From positions 64,001 to 128,000 of the forward strand of contig CAWHCF010000043.1 in assembly GCA_963827655.1 (NCBI GenBank): a DNA stretch of 64,000 nucleotides, read 5' to 3'. Below are positions 1 through 12,937 of the stretch, one piece after another. How positions within the stretch are numbered: position 1 is the first letter of the stretch; the number at the start of each line of letters is the position of its first letter. The position numbers and the translations under genes were made by a program. The DNA comes from an uncultured Acidobacteriota bacterium. Lineage in GTDB: Bacteria; Acidobacteriota; UBA6911. The notes beneath the pieces were generated by a model that was not told the DNA's origin, searched no databases, and was given only the letters and a program-made list of their open reading frames with translations.

Positions 1-1
1 G

Positions 2-562
2 GGGCAGGCCAAGCTGATCAAGGCAGGCTCGGCGCTCAACTTCCAGATGCACTACACGCCGAACGGCGAGGCGACGAAGGATCGCACCAGTGTCGGCCTT
101 ATTTTCGCGAAAGCTCCGGTGCAGAAACTGGTTCAAACTGGAGGCGCATTTGGCCGCAATCTAGCGATACCACCGGGCGATCCCAACCATGAGGTCAAGT
201 CCTCATATACCTTCAAGGAAGATGCCCACCTCACCGGATTTATGCCGCACATGCACTACCGCGGTAAAGATTTCGAGTACCGCGCTGTATTTCCTGATGG
301 AACCACCAGAATTCTTCTCTCGGTTCCGCGCTACGACTTCAACTGGCAGCTACACTACAAGATCAAAAACCCGATCGCCATACCCAAGGGCACGCGCCTC
401 GATTGCACCGCACACTTCGATAATTCGGCAGCCAACAAATACAATCCCGATCCGTCCAAGCTGGTCCGGTGGGGTCCCCAGACCTGGGAGGAGATGATGA
501 TAGGCTGGTTCGACTATACCCTCGATAGCCAGAATCTGACTACCCAGACGGCATCCAAGTAA
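2..562 (+). CDS. 5'-partial copper type II monooxygenase-like (PHM/DBM C-terminal) domain protein, probably of the heme-c/redoxin-fused bacterial family
   Basis: Frame is open from the window edge ([18 protein letters not shown]...). Contains FQMHY, PHMHYRG, YDFNWQ and [10 protein letters not shown] motifs. Paralog at 22226-23525. Confidence 0.75.
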   Translation, partial: GQAKLIKAGSALNFQMHYTPNGEATKDRTSVGLIFAKAPVQKLVQTGGAFGRNLAIPPGDPNHEVKSSYTFKEDAHLTGFMPHMHYRGKDFEYRAVFPDGTTRILLSVPRYDFNWQLHYKIKNPIAIPKGTRLDCTAHFDNSAANKYNPDPSKLVRWGPQTWEEMMIGWFDYTLDSQNLTTQTASK

Positions 563-581
563 GAAAAGGAGAGCAGATCTG

Positions 582-2079
<1,498 letters not shown>

Positions 2080-2087
<8 letters not shown>

Positions 2088-3813
2088 CCGTCGTTCCACG
2101 GCGCTCTTGGGGTTCCTTTGCGTCGTCGCGTCTTCGGGGTTGAGTTCTTCTGCGGCACTCGACATCAGGCTCCGTGAAATAACTGCGGAGCGCCTCAACC
2201 AGGCCGAGAAGGAAGCCGGTAACTGGCTCACTTACGGCGGAACCTATCGAGCGTGGCGCTACAACCCACTCGACCAGGTCAATGCCTCGAATGTTCACCG
2301 GCTTCGCGCGGCCTGGGCCTTCCAGCTTGGAGAACTCGACGGTGGATTGCAGGCCACGCCGCTGGTGGCTGACGGTGTCATGTACGTCGTAGGCCCGGAA
2401 GACCGCGTTTTCGCGTTGGATGCAGCCAGCGGCAAACCGATCTGGAGCTACTTCTACAAGTACCCCAGAGGGCAGCGCTACGGCTATGGCAACTGGAGCC
2501 GGGGCCTCGCCCTTGGTCACGGCAGCGTTTTTCTCGGAAGCCTTGACAACTTCGTGGTCGCGCTCGATGCCACAACCGGCGAGGAGCTGTGGAAGGTCAA
2601 TGTCGAGGACAGCCGCAAGTTTGGTTGCAACATCACCGGCGCGCCTCTTGTGGTAAAAGATCTGGTACTGGTTGGCTCCACTGGAGGCGACTCAGCGCAT
2701 CGCGGCCACATCGTCGCGTTTGACTGCAAGACAGGAAAGCAACGCTGGCGGTTCAATACGATTCCAGGTCCAGGCGAGAAAGGAAACGAAACCTGGAGCG
2801 GCGACAGCTGGAAGTTCGGCGGAGGTGCTGCCTGGCTGACCGGCTCATACGACCCCGAGCTGGACCTCATATACTGGGGCATCGGAAATCCCGCGGCCGA
2901 TTTCAATGGCGAATTGCGCAAGGGGGACAATCTATACACAGATTGCATCGTGGCGTTGAAACCCGCCACGGGTGAGGTTGCCTGGCATTTCCAGGCAATC
3001 CCTCACGACCTGTGGGACTACGACGCTGCCTACGAGTGTATTCTCCTCGATCTGCCGGTGGATGGAAGATCGCGCAAGCTCCTGCTTCACCCTAACAAAG
3101 GAGGCTTCGTCTGGGTCCTGGATCGCACGAACGGCGAGTTTATCGCCGGATGGAAATACATGGACAGCCTCAACTGGAGCACCGGTCTTGATGCCAGGGG
3201 CGTCCCGCAAGGGAGAAACGAACCGGAGCTCGGCAAACCGAAAGTAATCTGTCCGAGTTGGAGTGGAGCGCGCAGCTGGAATCATGCCGCATACAGCCCA
3301 CGGACCGGACTGCTTTACAATATCGGCGTTGAATGGTGCGGCGAGTACACCGTCAGACCTGCGAAGCCCAGCGAAGGACATGGTTATCTGGGCGGGTTCG
3401 TGACCAGGGCGTATCCTCCATCGGGAAAAGTCACCACTCACCTCGATGCGCATGACCCGCTCACCGGCAAGAAGAGTTGGACCTTCGAATCGAAGTATCC
3501 TCTCCTGGCTTCCCTTCTCTCCACCGGAGGCGACCTTGTTTTCACGGGCAACCCTGAAGGAGATTTTTTCGCGCTCGATGCGAAGACGGGCAAGAAGCTG
3601 TGGAGCTTTCCCACGGGCTCCGGTCACCGCGGATCACCGATCACATACGCGGTGGGAGGCAAGCAGTATGTGGCAACTCCTTCGGGCTGGGGCGGCCTCG
3701 CAGCGCGGGCGCTGGCCGCGTATTGGCCGGAGACCGCACAGCTGACTTCGGGAGCGACCATCTTTGCGTTTACTCTGCCAGAGAGCGATACAGCAACCAA
3801 AAAATTACGATGA
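2080..3813 (+). CDS. PQQ-dependent dehydrogenase-like beta-propeller (methanol/ethanol superfamily, acidobacterial 'empty quinoprotein'-like)
   Basis: Signal peptide, NWLTYGG, QATPLV, repeated ALDAxTGxxxW Trp-docking motifs, HDLWDYD. GTG start overlaps the upstream gene. Confidence 0.85.
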
Positions 3814-3869
3814 CGGCCAAGCGTCTTTGCGCCTTAGCGGTAGATCATTGCTTGGCGGGAGGCATCTAC

Positions 3870-4793
3870 ATGCAGCGGATTTTCGCAGCGGGAACTGGAA
3901 TTCTCTTCCTCGGCTTCTTATCGGGAGCGGCCGCTCAGCAGGATAGATTGCAGGGACGCTGGGAGGGGACGGTTCAGGCCCCACAGGGACAGATGCCTGC
4001 CAGAGCTTCCTTCAAGAAGGAGGGGGACGCGTACAGGGGCACAGTAAGCGGATTACGCGGCGACGTGGCCTTCAAGGAAATCAAGCTTGATGGGGCCAGA
4101 GTGATTGCCATTGCAGAAGTACAGACGCCTCAGGGAAACCTCCCCGTCAACTATGAGTTCCTGCTCGAAGGGGAAACTCTAAAAGGAAAGGCAGAGGCCA
4201 GTTTCGCCGGCCAGACCTTTTCTTTCGTTTTCGATCTGAAGCGGATCTCCACCGAGGTCCCTGATCTCCAGGCCTCGCCCCCGCAGGCCGCGCCTCAGCC
4301 GCAGGGAGCGCGCAGAGAATCAGTGCCTCAGCCTTTGCAGCAGCAGAAGCTTGAATATTTCCAGGGCCAGTGGAAATTCAAATGGCTGGGGATGGAAAGC
4401 CTCCTGGGTCCCGGTGGACCCAGGGAAGGGACCCTGACTTACACTCCGATTATGGAAGGGAAATTCCTGGAAGGACGGGCCGAAGGAAAGTCCGAGGGCG
4501 GTGATTTCCGGGAGATCAATTACCTGACCTGGGATCCCGACGGAAAGGTTCTGACGTCCTTTGAACAGCGGGCTGCGGGAGCCGCGCTGCTCGGATTGGG
4601 AGACTGGAAGAGCCCGATAGCCATTCGTTTCACTATCACACCCTTGAAGGTCAAGGGACAGAGCCTTCAGCTCAAGCGAGTCGTAAACATTGTCGCCGCT
4701 CATTCCTATACCGTGACCGAGGAATTGTCAGTGGATGGAGGGCCGTTCCAGAGATTGGGCAACGGAGTTTTCACAAGGGTTGAAGCGAAGTAG
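3870..4793 (+). CDS. Secreted hypothetical protein, two beta-rich domains (C-terminal DUF1579-like)
   Basis: ATG at 3870 after GGGAGG SD; signal peptide ending AAAQ; Pro/Gln linker; LEYFQGQWK start of a DUF1579-like barrel. Confidence 0.6.
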   Translation: MQRIFAAGTGILFLGFLSGAAAQQDRLQGRWEGTVQAPQGQMPARASFKKEGDAYRGTVSGLRGDVAFKEIKLDGARVIAIAEVQTPQGNLPVNYEFLLEGETLKGKAEASFAGQTFSFVFDLKRISTEVPDLQASPPQAAPQPQGARRESVPQPLQQQKLEYFQGQWKFKWLGMESLLGPGGPREGTLTYTPIMEGKFLEGRAEGKSEGGDFREINYLTWDPDGKVLTSFEQRAAGAALLGLGDWKSPIAIRFTITPLKVKGQSLQLKRVVNIVAAHSYTVTEELSVDGGPFQRLGNGVFTRVEAK

Positions 4794-4795
4794 CC

Positions 4796-5164
4796 ATGGT
4801 TCGTAGCAAGAACCAATGCCAGGCCGAGAAGAAGGGCCGTGCCATAAGGGGATGGAAACGGCTCGTGATCTTCTCCGCGCTAGGCGTTGTCCTCAGCGCG
4901 GGCAGCTTGATGGCGTATCAAGCATACATGACCAAGGCGAAGAAGTTTGGCGCCGAGGATTGCCTGTTCTGTCACGTACAGGAAAATGGCGGCGTTGGCT
5001 GGAATGAACGGGGCGACTGGCTGATCGACGAGAAGGCGAAGCGCAAGGCGGAGAAGATTGACGTGGACTGGCTGATCGACTACAACCCGGACGGAAACGA
5101 CGGGAGCAAGAAACCGCCGGCTGAGGAAAAGAGCGAGAAGAAGCCGGCCTTCGCGATCTTTTAG
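4796..5164 (+). CDS. Small monoheme c-type cytochrome-like protein
   Basis: Hydrophobic signal segment followed by CLFCH heme-binding motif; starts 2 nt after the previous stop. Confidence 0.65.
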   Translation: MVRSKNQCQAEKKGRAIRGWKRLVIFSALGVVLSAGSLMAYQAYMTKAKKFGAEDCLFCHVQENGGVGWNERGDWLIDEKAKRKAEKIDVDWLIDYNPDGNDGSKKPPAEEKSEKKPAFAIF

Positions 5165-5230
5165 GCGCTTATGGCTCCATTGTTACCGGCATGTTCATCC
5201 AAAACAAACATCCTCATGGCCGCGCCATTC

Positions 5231-5239
5231 TGTTACACT
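5231..5239 (+). promoter_or_regulatory. Extended -10 promoter (TGtTACACT), probable leaderless transcript of the TA pair
   Basis: TGnTACACT ends 7 nt before ATG 5247; no SD sequence present. Confidence 0.45.
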
Positions 5240-5246
5240 CGCTCGC

Positions 5247-5468
5247 ATGAAGACGCCTGATCTGTCAGAGATATTCCTTTCCGATCCCGACATTCTTGGG
5301 GGTACTCCGGTTTTTGTCGGCACCCGGGTGCCTGTCCAGAGTCTGTTCGAACACCTCAAAGCGGGCGATTCGATCGACGACTTCCTCGAAGGATTTCCGA
5401 GTGTCCGGCGCGACCAGATAATCGCGCTGCTCGAAGTGTCAAGCCGGGAGCTTTTGCGAACTGCCTGA
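5247..5468 (+). CDS. DUF433 family antitoxin (VapB45-like)
   Basis: DPDILGGTPVFVGTRVPV...FLEGFPSV signature, 73 aa. Confidence 0.9.
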   Translation: MKTPDLSEIFLSDPDILGGTPVFVGTRVPVQSLFEHLKAGDSIDDFLEGFPSVRRDQIIALLEVSSRELLRTA

Positions 5469-5469
5469 G

Positions 5470-5790
5470 GTGAAAATCCTCCTCGACGAGAATCTCGACT
5501 GGCGCTTGTGGCGCGAGTTGCCGGGGCACCCTGTCCAATCCGTGTCCTTGATCGGATGGGCGGGACTCAAAAATAGCGAACTGCTGAAGCGCGCCAGTCG
5601 AGAATACGATGTGTTGATTACCATGGACGCCAACCTCGCGTTCCAGCAAGACGTCGCCCAATTCGAAATTGCAGTCATAGTCTTGAAGGCCCCCAACAAC
5701 CGTCTTGCCGAGACGGGCCCACTGATGCCTAAAGTCCTGGCACTGCTGCCCACCCTCAAAGCGGGCACGCTTACAATTGTTTCCACATGA
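5470..5790 (+). CDS. DUF5615 PIN-like toxin (VapC45-like)
   Basis: MKILLDENL...GWAGLKN.ELL...ITMDANL; translationally coupled to the DUF433 gene. Confidence 0.88.
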   Translation: MKILLDENLDWRLWRELPGHPVQSVSLIGWAGLKNSELLKRASREYDVLITMDANLAFQQDVAQFEIAVIVLKAPNNRLAETGPLMPKVLALLPTLKAGTLTIVST

Positions 5791-5832
5791 CAGGCGACTT
5801 TCGAGAGCATTTGCAGTGAGTCTCGGAAGAGT

Positions 5833-7329
5833 CTAAAGCCCGTCCAGTGAGAAGGCGTAGAGTTTGTTATTAGGTTTACCGACTCGAAGGAAGGTGTAGC
5901 CCGACCCGACGTAGAGCACGCCGTCCACCACGCTCGGGCCGCCGCCGACAGCGCCGCCGGTATCGAATTCCCATAGAATCCGTCCGTCCTTGCCATCATA
6001 GGCCCGGATGAAACCTGCCGAGCTTCCCGCGAAAACCAGGCGATTCTCGGCAGGCCCTGTGACGACGATGGGTCCATAGTTCGGTCGTTTGTCCGGAGTC
6101 GGAGTATTCCATAGAATCTTGCCGGTAGCTCCATCGAGCATCACGATTGCGCCCCCTTTCATGGGATGCGCCTGAGCGACGTACAGCCGCTCTCCATCGG
6201 TTGCGCTGCCGAATTGTACGCCGCCGAGCGCGCTTCCTGGCCCGATTTCGGTTTTCCAGACCGGGGCTCCGGAGGCGGCGTCCACGGCGTGGACCCATCC
6301 GCTCTTCTGCGCGGCGCCCAGGACCTTGCTGCCGTTGGGACCCTTCAGCGCCAGCGGCGTCGTTCCGAAATCGAAATCGGGGCCGCAATCGCGGCAACCT
6401 ATGACGAACACGTCGGAGGGTCTTGCCTGGTACGACCACACCAGCTTCCCCGTATCCATGGTGATCGCTACGATCGAGTCGACAAGCTTGGTATCTTCGC
6501 CCGAATACTGATTGCCGGTCGTGAAATAGATGCGGTTCGCTGCCGGATCCAGCCCGACCGACGACCAGACCGCGATACCGGAAGGGCCAAGGATCGCGCG
6601 CCCGCTCGCATCTTCGCCCAGCTTTTTAGGCTCTTCCGGGATGGTGTAAAAACGCCACAACTGTTTGCCGGTCTTGGCATCGAACGAAGCCACGCCGCCG
6701 CGAAAGGAACAGCAGGAATAGTCCTTCTGTCTTCGAGGCTCTCCTTCTTCGTGCGACGAAACCCCGATGTAGATTCGGCCCTGGTGAACCTTGGGCGAGC
6801 TGGTGACGACTGCTTTGGGATGGGGATCGATTCTCTCCGACCATTTAAGGGTGCCGGTTCCGGCGTCAACGGCATGAAGACGTCCAGACAGATCACCGAA
6901 GTACACGACGCCGTTGTCGTAGGCTGCGCTGGCGCGTGACGGAATGCCGCAGTCGTATTCCCAGACTTTCTTGCCGGTCCTGGCATCGACAGCGTACTCC
7001 TTGCCGTCCCACGATCCGAAATAGACGATGCCGTCCACGACAATAGGCTGGCTCGAGACGTCCCCGCCGGTCTCGAAGATCCACTTGGGCTTCAGTCGTG
7101 AGATGTTTTCGGGCGTGAGAATTTTTTCGTCAGGATTGTAATGCGTGCCAGCTATGTCCCGGCCGAACATGGGCCAGTTCGTGGCGGGAGATTTTGACCG
7201 CTGTTGGACCGATCGTGAGAAACCAGTCAGCGTGCCAAGAAGCAGGGCCAGGCCCACCAGACAAATCTTCGCTTTTCTTAGCGTCTTCGTGTCTTCGTGG
7301 TTGTCCAATCTGCAATCCGCAATCCGCAA
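5833..7329 (-). CDS. PQQ-binding beta-propeller protein (polyvinyl-alcohol dehydrogenase-like); start uncertain
   Basis: WPMFG, repeated Trp-docking motifs, vicinal CC in YSCCSFRG, DFDFG. The first ~16 codons derive from intergenic repeats, so the true start is unclear. Confidence 0.8.
   Translation of the reverse strand: MRIADCRLDNHEDTKTLRKAKICLVGLALLLGTLTGFSRSVQQRSKSPATNWPMFGRDIAGTHYNPDEKILTPENISRLKPKWIFETGGDVSSQPIVVDGIVYFGSWDGKEYAVDARTGKKVWEYDCGIPSRASAAYDNGVVYFGDLSGRLHAVDAGTGTLKWSERIDPHPKAVVTSSPKVHQGRIYIGVSSHEEGEPRRQKDYSCCSFRGGVASFDAKTGKQLWRFYTIPEEPKKLGEDASGRAILGPSGIAVWSSVGLDPAANRIYFTTGNQYSGEDTKLVDSIVAITMDTGKLVWSYQARPSDVFVIGCRDCGPDFDFGTTPLALKGPNGSKVLGAAQKSGWVHAVDAASGAPVWKTEIGPGSALGGVQFGSATDGERLYVAQAHPMKGGAIVMLDGATGKILWNTPTPDKRPNYGPIVVTGPAENRLVFAGSSAGFIRAYDGKDGRILWEFDTGGAVGGGPSVVDGVLYVGSGYTFLRVGKPNNKLYAFSLDGL
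7277..7302. repeat. 8-nt-period palindromic family unit (CTTAGCGTCTTCGTGTCTTCGTGGTT)
   Basis: Matches the family at 16110, 22202, 28561, 31884, 57470 and 63085. Confidence 0.75.
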
Positions 7330-7340
7330 TCCGCAATCGG
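7306..7340. repeat. Heptamer tandem repeat (CAATCCG)x5
   Basis: caatctg caatccg caatccg caatccg caatcgg, directly after the stop of the 7342-8877 gene. Confidence 0.9.
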
Positions 7341-7341
7341 G

Positions 7342-8877
7342 TTAATCCGCGCGCACCCAACCGGCCACGCTGTCGGTGGAGTAGTAGGCGGCTTCATCCG
7401 TGAAGGCTCTTTTCTTGAATTTGTCGACCGCGTCGGCGGGAAGCGCCTTACGCGCCGCTTTGACGTCGACCTTGTACAATTTGGCTGCGTTCAGCCCGAA
7501 GACCCTGGCCTTGTCTTCCTTGGTAAGCTTCTTGTAACCGAACTTTTCCGTCATCTCGTCGGTGAACTGGAAGCGTTTGAACAGATCAATGGCCCACTGA
7601 GGAGAACCCCACCAGAGGCAGTCGGTGCCCCAAACGACGTGGTCCGACCCGTAGTGCTTGATGTTCTTGCCCATCAAGTGCTGGCACATCTCGGGATTCT
7701 CGACAGCCAGCAGGCCAAACGACGATCCGATCTCGCAATACACATTCGTGATTTGAGGGTTACGCCGCTTGATATCCATCAGCACGTTGTGCCACAAGAA
7801 ATCGCCGGTGGTCGGGTCGAACTGGTTTTCCTTGATGTAATTCGGCTCGTTGGGACCATGTTTAAGCGCCGAATGATAGATCACAAAGGTCAAATCGGGA
7901 TTCTCCAGGGCCGCTCTTTCTACATCCTTGGGGTTTGCCAGATGGCCCAGAGTGCGCGATTGATAAGAGAAACCCTTGTGGACGCTGAAGTGCCTGATTC
8001 CAAGCTCCCGGGATTTCTCGTAAAACTTGGCCGACATCTCGTCATCGAGCTGAAAGCCGCCGCCGCTGGCGCCGGGATCTGTGTGGCAATACCACTTCCA
8101 CGAATCGATCCCATAGAGTTTCGCCTCTCGCTCCATCTGCTCGTAGAGCGCCGGCCAGTCCGGTTTATCGGTAGACTTGTTCCAGTAGTGATTGGGCGCG
8201 ACATTGCCCTGACACAGCGCGCGCTGCGAACCCGCCAGGTCATTGATGTCTTTCATGCGTCTCGACATTAACCAGCTCGGAAGTCCTGCCCTGCTGCGCG
8301 CGACACCCTCGAGCACTTTCCCATTTTCGTCTCGCTGCTTCTCCCGGTTGGGCACGCCGCTGATCACCGCCACGCTTGTTTCACTGTCGAAGAAGATTTC
8401 TTGAATGAAATTGTGGAAGCTGTACGCCTCGGCGTCCGCCTTCAGGTTGACACCCATGTTCTTGAGAAACTCATACTGCCGGAAACCACCTCCCACTCCT
8501 GTTCGCTCCTGCCCGATGTCATAGGTGTTGGTGAAGTGGGTCTGCACATCGATGATGAAGTATTCGCCCTTCGGCCATTTCTCGGCCGTCGCGGCGGGTT
8601 CAAAAGCTTCAACCGGGTCGACTTCCCAATAATTTCCAAACACCGTGTTGCTGGCTAGCAGGGCGGTCGCGAATCCCATCGATGTGCGCATGAAGTCACG
8701 CCGTTCCATTCCCACTCGTTTGGCGTTTTCTTCACCCCAGCTTCCAATCAGATGTTCGAGCCGTTTCTGTTTCTTGTTCTGCGGCCGCGGGAGGATCTCT
8801 TCGTTGGAAACCACCTGGGTCGGTATGGGAGAACAAACGCCTTTTTTTCTGTCTCGCGCATATTTTGGAATCCACAT
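7342..8877 (-). CDS. Amidohydrolase_2 family hydrolase, close paralog of 582-2087
   Basis: AGGAGG SD before ATG 8877; long identical blocks with the first copy ([42 protein letters not shown]). Confidence 0.87.
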   Translation of the reverse strand: MWIPKYARDRKKGVCSPIPTQVVSNEEILPRPQNKKQKRLEHLIGSWGEENAKRVGMERRDFMRTSMGFATALLASNTVFGNYWEVDPVEAFEPAATAEKWPKGEYFIIDVQTHFTNTYDIGQERTGVGGGFRQYEFLKNMGVNLKADAEAYSFHNFIQEIFFDSETSVAVISGVPNREKQRDENGKVLEGVARSRAGLPSWLMSRRMKDINDLAGSQRALCQGNVAPNHYWNKSTDKPDWPALYEQMEREAKLYGIDSWKWYCHTDPGASGGGFQLDDEMSAKFYEKSRELGIRHFSVHKGFSYQSRTLGHLANPKDVERAALENPDLTFVIYHSALKHGPNEPNYIKENQFDPTTGDFLWHNVLMDIKRRNPQITNVYCEIGSSFGLLAVENPEMCQHLMGKNIKHYGSDHVVWGTDCLWWGSPQWAIDLFKRFQFTDEMTEKFGYKKLTKEDKARVFGLNAAKLYKVDVKAARKALPADAVDKFKKRAFTDEAAYYSTDSVAGWVRAD

Positions 8878-8922
8878 ATGACTTCCTCCTTCGGCGACCA
8901 ACGCTACCGTGAAGTTTTCACG

Positions 8923-8952
8923 ATACTAGGGGCGCGCCCGAGATGAAGTCAA
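8923..8952 (-). promoter_or_regulatory. Sigma70-like promoter TTGACT-18-TAGTAT
   Basis: Read on the minus strand, about 45 nt upstream of ATG 8877. Confidence 0.5.
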
Positions 8953-9032
8953 GCAGGAAGCCTCGGTAACATTCGCGTCTGCGGCTGAGTGATCAACCAG
9001 GTAGCGGAGTTAGGGACGTCTTTTCGTAACTT

Positions 9033-12000
9033 TCAAAAAACCAGCTTCAGGCCGAACTGCATTTCACGTGGATTGTTGACCGTGTTCGTGATTCTCCCGT
9101 AAGCTCCGCTGGCAGGGTTCAGCGTCGGGGCGCCGAACTGGGCTCGATTGAGAGCATTGAACATCTCCCAGCGGAATTCCGTGCGAAAGCGGTCCGTTAT
9201 AGCAATCTTCTTTCCCAGCGCAAAATCCCAGTTATTGATGGCGTCTCCCTGAAGTCGCGCCAGGCGCACGGATAAGGTGCGAAGGGTAAACGCCGGCTGC
9301 ACGGCGAACGCCTTCGGGATTGAACCATCCGTCGATGGAACGCTCATCAGGGCCGAGACGTGGATCCTCGCCCGTGTAAACCGTGCCCGAGGGCAACAGC
9401 AGCGCCTGGCCGCTCTGGAATACCTGGATGACCGAAACCTGCCATCCGCCCAGCAGCTTCCCTTTTACCCCGGACTGGTCGCGATAAGGCAAATCCCAAA
9501 CGCCCGCGAAGGTGAATCGGTGCGGGCGCCACAGGTCACCGATTGCCTTGGAGGGAGCGGGATCACTGTCGTTCAGGAACTGAACCTTCTCGATCTGACG
9601 CTGGAAGGTGTAGCTCGAAAGGAATTGAAAGCCACGGGAGAAGCGTTTGGTGAGCGAGGCCTGACCGCCATGGTAGTACGCCCGCCCGATAGTTTCCCGC
9701 TGAATCTGAAGCTGGCCCACGTGGGGGAAGGTCGTAAGCAGATTCTGTTTCGAGATCGTCGGCGCGCCCAGCGTTAGATTGCTGGGGATAAGGCCGAAGA
9801 AGGGGTTCGTAACGCGCTGGCTCAGGCCGGCGCCGAGCGCGAGATGTTCAGCAGGCAGATAGTGCAGCTCGCGATTCATTTCGCCGCCGCTGCCCGCGCC
9901 GTTGTTTCCAACGTAAAGGCTCTGCGCAGTGCTGCCGACGTAGTTCACCTCGAGGCGCAGATTCGAGCTCAGTTCCTGCTGGATGCCGAGTTCCCAGCGT
10001 TCGTTGTAGGGCGAATGGCGAAACTGGGAGTAGACGGCAACATTGGTTCCAAGCAGGGTCAGAGAGGCCCTGCGAATTGCCGGGAGGCGCAATGAGTCCG
10101 TTGGGGAACGGATTGCTTAGCAGGTCGGCGGGCGTGATTCCGTCCAGCGTCGATACCATCGGGGTATCGGAGGAGAAACCGTTCTGGCGCACAAACGGGG
10201 CCGGCCAGTAGCTGTAGAAGAGTCCGTAGCCGCCGCGCACCACCGTTTTGTCGGTAGCGCGGTAGGCGAAGCCGAATCGCGGGCTCCAGTCGTTCATGTC
10301 GGTCGGGGCATAGCGGCGGTTGTCAGGGGTGGCAAAGAGCAATCCACCTTCGACTCGAAAGAGGTCGACGGGCAGCTCGGGAATCGGGGACTGCGCATAG
10401 TTGGCGCGGGCCTGCGCCTCGATCGGATTGGGCTGGCCGAACGCCCAGCCAATGACGGAGCGGTTGAACCGCTCGGTCGCGGCCGGGTTCAGCTCGTAGC
10501 GGATTCCAATGTTGAGGGTCAGTCGCGACGACACTCGGATGTCATCCTGGAAATAGAAGCCATAATAGGGAGACTGCGGTGCGTTGGAGACGTTCAGGGT
10601 CGTGAAGCCGCTGGCGGGAGTGGCGACCAGGAACGACGCGATGCCGGACCCGATGGCCGATCCGGTCGTGTTAGGATCCGGCCCTTGGGTGAACCCGCGA
10701 TTGAAGGTGAAGTTCCCGGCCGGCGAATTGGCTCCCTGCGAGTTGTTCTGCTTCACCTGGGTCTGATGTCCGAATTTCAAGTTATGCCGTCCGCGGATCA
10801 GGTTCATGCTGGCCGACCAGGCGAACGTATTGGTGTGCTCGTACCAGCTCCCTTCGAGCGCGCCGACAAACACCATGTCGCTGTTGCTGAGCCGCGGCAC
10901 CTTGACCTGCTGAAGCGAGTTGACGAAGGAAGGAGCAAACCCGAGTGTGGAGATATCGTAGTCAGGCTGCGTCCCCTCCTGGGTCCATCGGGTGAAGCCG
11001 CCGTTGACTGTGAGCATTGTGGTCGACCCGAATGCAATGGTATCTCCGACTCCAACCGAAGTCTGGACCCGGTTGTTCAGGTTCAAGCCACCGACCGGTA
11101 CCTGGTAATCGCTGGCCTGCGGGGTCTTCGACATCGAAAAGCGCCCGAACAGCCGTTGGGTCGTCCCCAGACTGTGATCGAGCCGGACGGTGAAGTTGTC
11201 GATCGGCTGCTCAGTCACCACCACCTTGGCATGATTGTTGGTACCACTATTGGGATCGCCCGGCCGGTTCGGGAGAGGCACGAACGTCTTGATAATGTTC
11301 TGTGCCACCGGGTCCATCCGGTTTGACGGGATGACGTTGCCGGGAAACTGATCCCGGATGAAGCGGCCGGCCTGGGCGGGATCGGGTCGGGTGGAGAACG
11401 GGTCATAGATCCGGATCAGCTGCCCGGCCGCATTGAATGTCTGCGAAAAATCGCCCCGGCGTTCGAATTCCGAAGGAACGGTAAAAATGGTATTGCTGGG
11501 CCGGGTTGATTTCACTCCTTCGTAATTGAAGAACCAGAAAGTCTTGTTCTTGATGATCGGCCCCCCGACGGCAGCCCCGAACTGGTTGTACCGCAGCGCC
11601 GGCTTGGCAATTCCGGACCGATTGTTGAAGAAGCTGTTGGCATTCAAGGCGTCGTTACGCAGAAACTCATAGACGGTCCCCTGGATTCGATTGGTCCCGC
11701 TCTTGGTGGAGACGTTGATATAGGCGCCGCCCGAGTGCCCGTACTCCGAGTCGAACGAGTTGGTCTGGATATTGAATTCCTGAACCTGATCGACCGGCGG
11801 AATGTAGGCTACGCGGTCCGAGACATTGTTGGGAACGCCGTCCATCAGGAACTCGTTCATCCGCTGATTGGCCCCGTTGGTGGAAAAATAAGACGTCCCG
11901 CTGATCTCGTTGAGGGAGCTTGGCGCCGGATTTGCCGTCTGAACGATCCCCGCGGAAAGCACCGCCAGCTGCAGGACATTCCGCCCGGCGAGCGGCAAAT

Positions 12001-12430
12001 CTGCTACATAACGATTATTGACGCTCGTACTGATTGATGCCGTGCTCGTCTCCAGCACGGGCGCGTCGGTCTGGACCTCGATCACTTCGCGTACCTCTCC
12101 CACTTCCAGCCGGATATCAACGCGTGATCTTGCGTCCGAGCTCGACCGTGATCGTCTGCACGAACTTCTTGAATCCTGCGAGCTCGGCCTCCAACGGTAG
12201 TTTCCGACCGGGACCAGGTTGAAGAAGAAGACCCCCTGCTCGTTCGCCAACGCGGTTCGCGTTTCGTTGGTGTTGGTATTGGTGAGGACCACGTTCGTGC
12301 CAGGAAGTATCGCTGCCGAAGTGTCGGTGACGGCGCCATCAACCGACCCGGTCGGGACTACCTGGGCCGTTGCGGCCGATACCATGAAAACAAGCAGCGC
12401 GAGAGAGACGATAGAAGCTGACTTGGTCAT
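9033..12430 (-). CDS. TonB-dependent receptor (carboxypeptidase-regulatory N-domain, Oar-like); broken by 4 apparent indels
   Basis: Signal peptide, LPLAGRN, TKSGTN, YFQDDIRV, C-terminal PREMQFGLKLVF. Frame breaks at about 12194 and 12121 (compensating), 10063 and 9317. Confidence 0.85.
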
Positions 12431-12465
12431 TCGGTGCCTCCGCCATTAGATGGTTTTGGGAAGCG

Positions 12466-12495
12466 ATACTCGCGGTGACCCAGGCGAGGTGTCAA
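12466..12495 (-). promoter_or_regulatory. Sigma70-like promoter TTGACA-18-GAGTAT
   Basis: Perfect -35 box, about 35 nt upstream of the TonB receptor start with GGAGG SD. Confidence 0.45.
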
Positions 12496-12658
12496 GAAGA
12501 AAAGGATTCGTCGTGTCCTAGCGTCTTAGTGGCCGCTTTTGTTTTCACCCGCTGCGCCGCAGACCTGGGTCGCCTACATTCGTCCGGAGATTTGTGTACA
12601 CAATCGTTGATCTCCCGTATCGGGTTCTGTACTCTTTGGTGATGGAAGGAACGCCGCT

Positions 12659-12937
12659 GTGCGCGTAGCAGGAGTCCGCGAATTCCGAAACCGAGCGCCG
12701 GAGCTTCTCCAAGGCCGCGACATCGTGTTCGTGACCCGCCACGGCAAGCTCTCGGGAGTCCTGGTTCCGTTGGCCGACCCGACAGAGCTTCCTGTCGAGT
12801 TTCGCAAGGAGATTCTCCGTCGGTTGGGGACGGCGATAGCCCGCGATCTCAAGAGTAAAGGAGTGACCGAGAGAAAGGCCCAGAGTGACTTCGAAGCCTG
12901 GCGGAACGCCCGTCGATCGCGTCGCAGCCGACGCTAA
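12659..12937 (+). CDS. Phd/YefM-like antitoxin
   Basis: VAGVREFRNRAPELL...VFVTRHGK..GVLVP pattern. Confidence 0.8.
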   Translation: MRVAGVREFRNRAPELLQGRDIVFVTRHGKLSGVLVPLADPTELPVEFRKEILRRLGTAIARDLKSKGVTERKAQSDFEAWRNARRSRRSRR

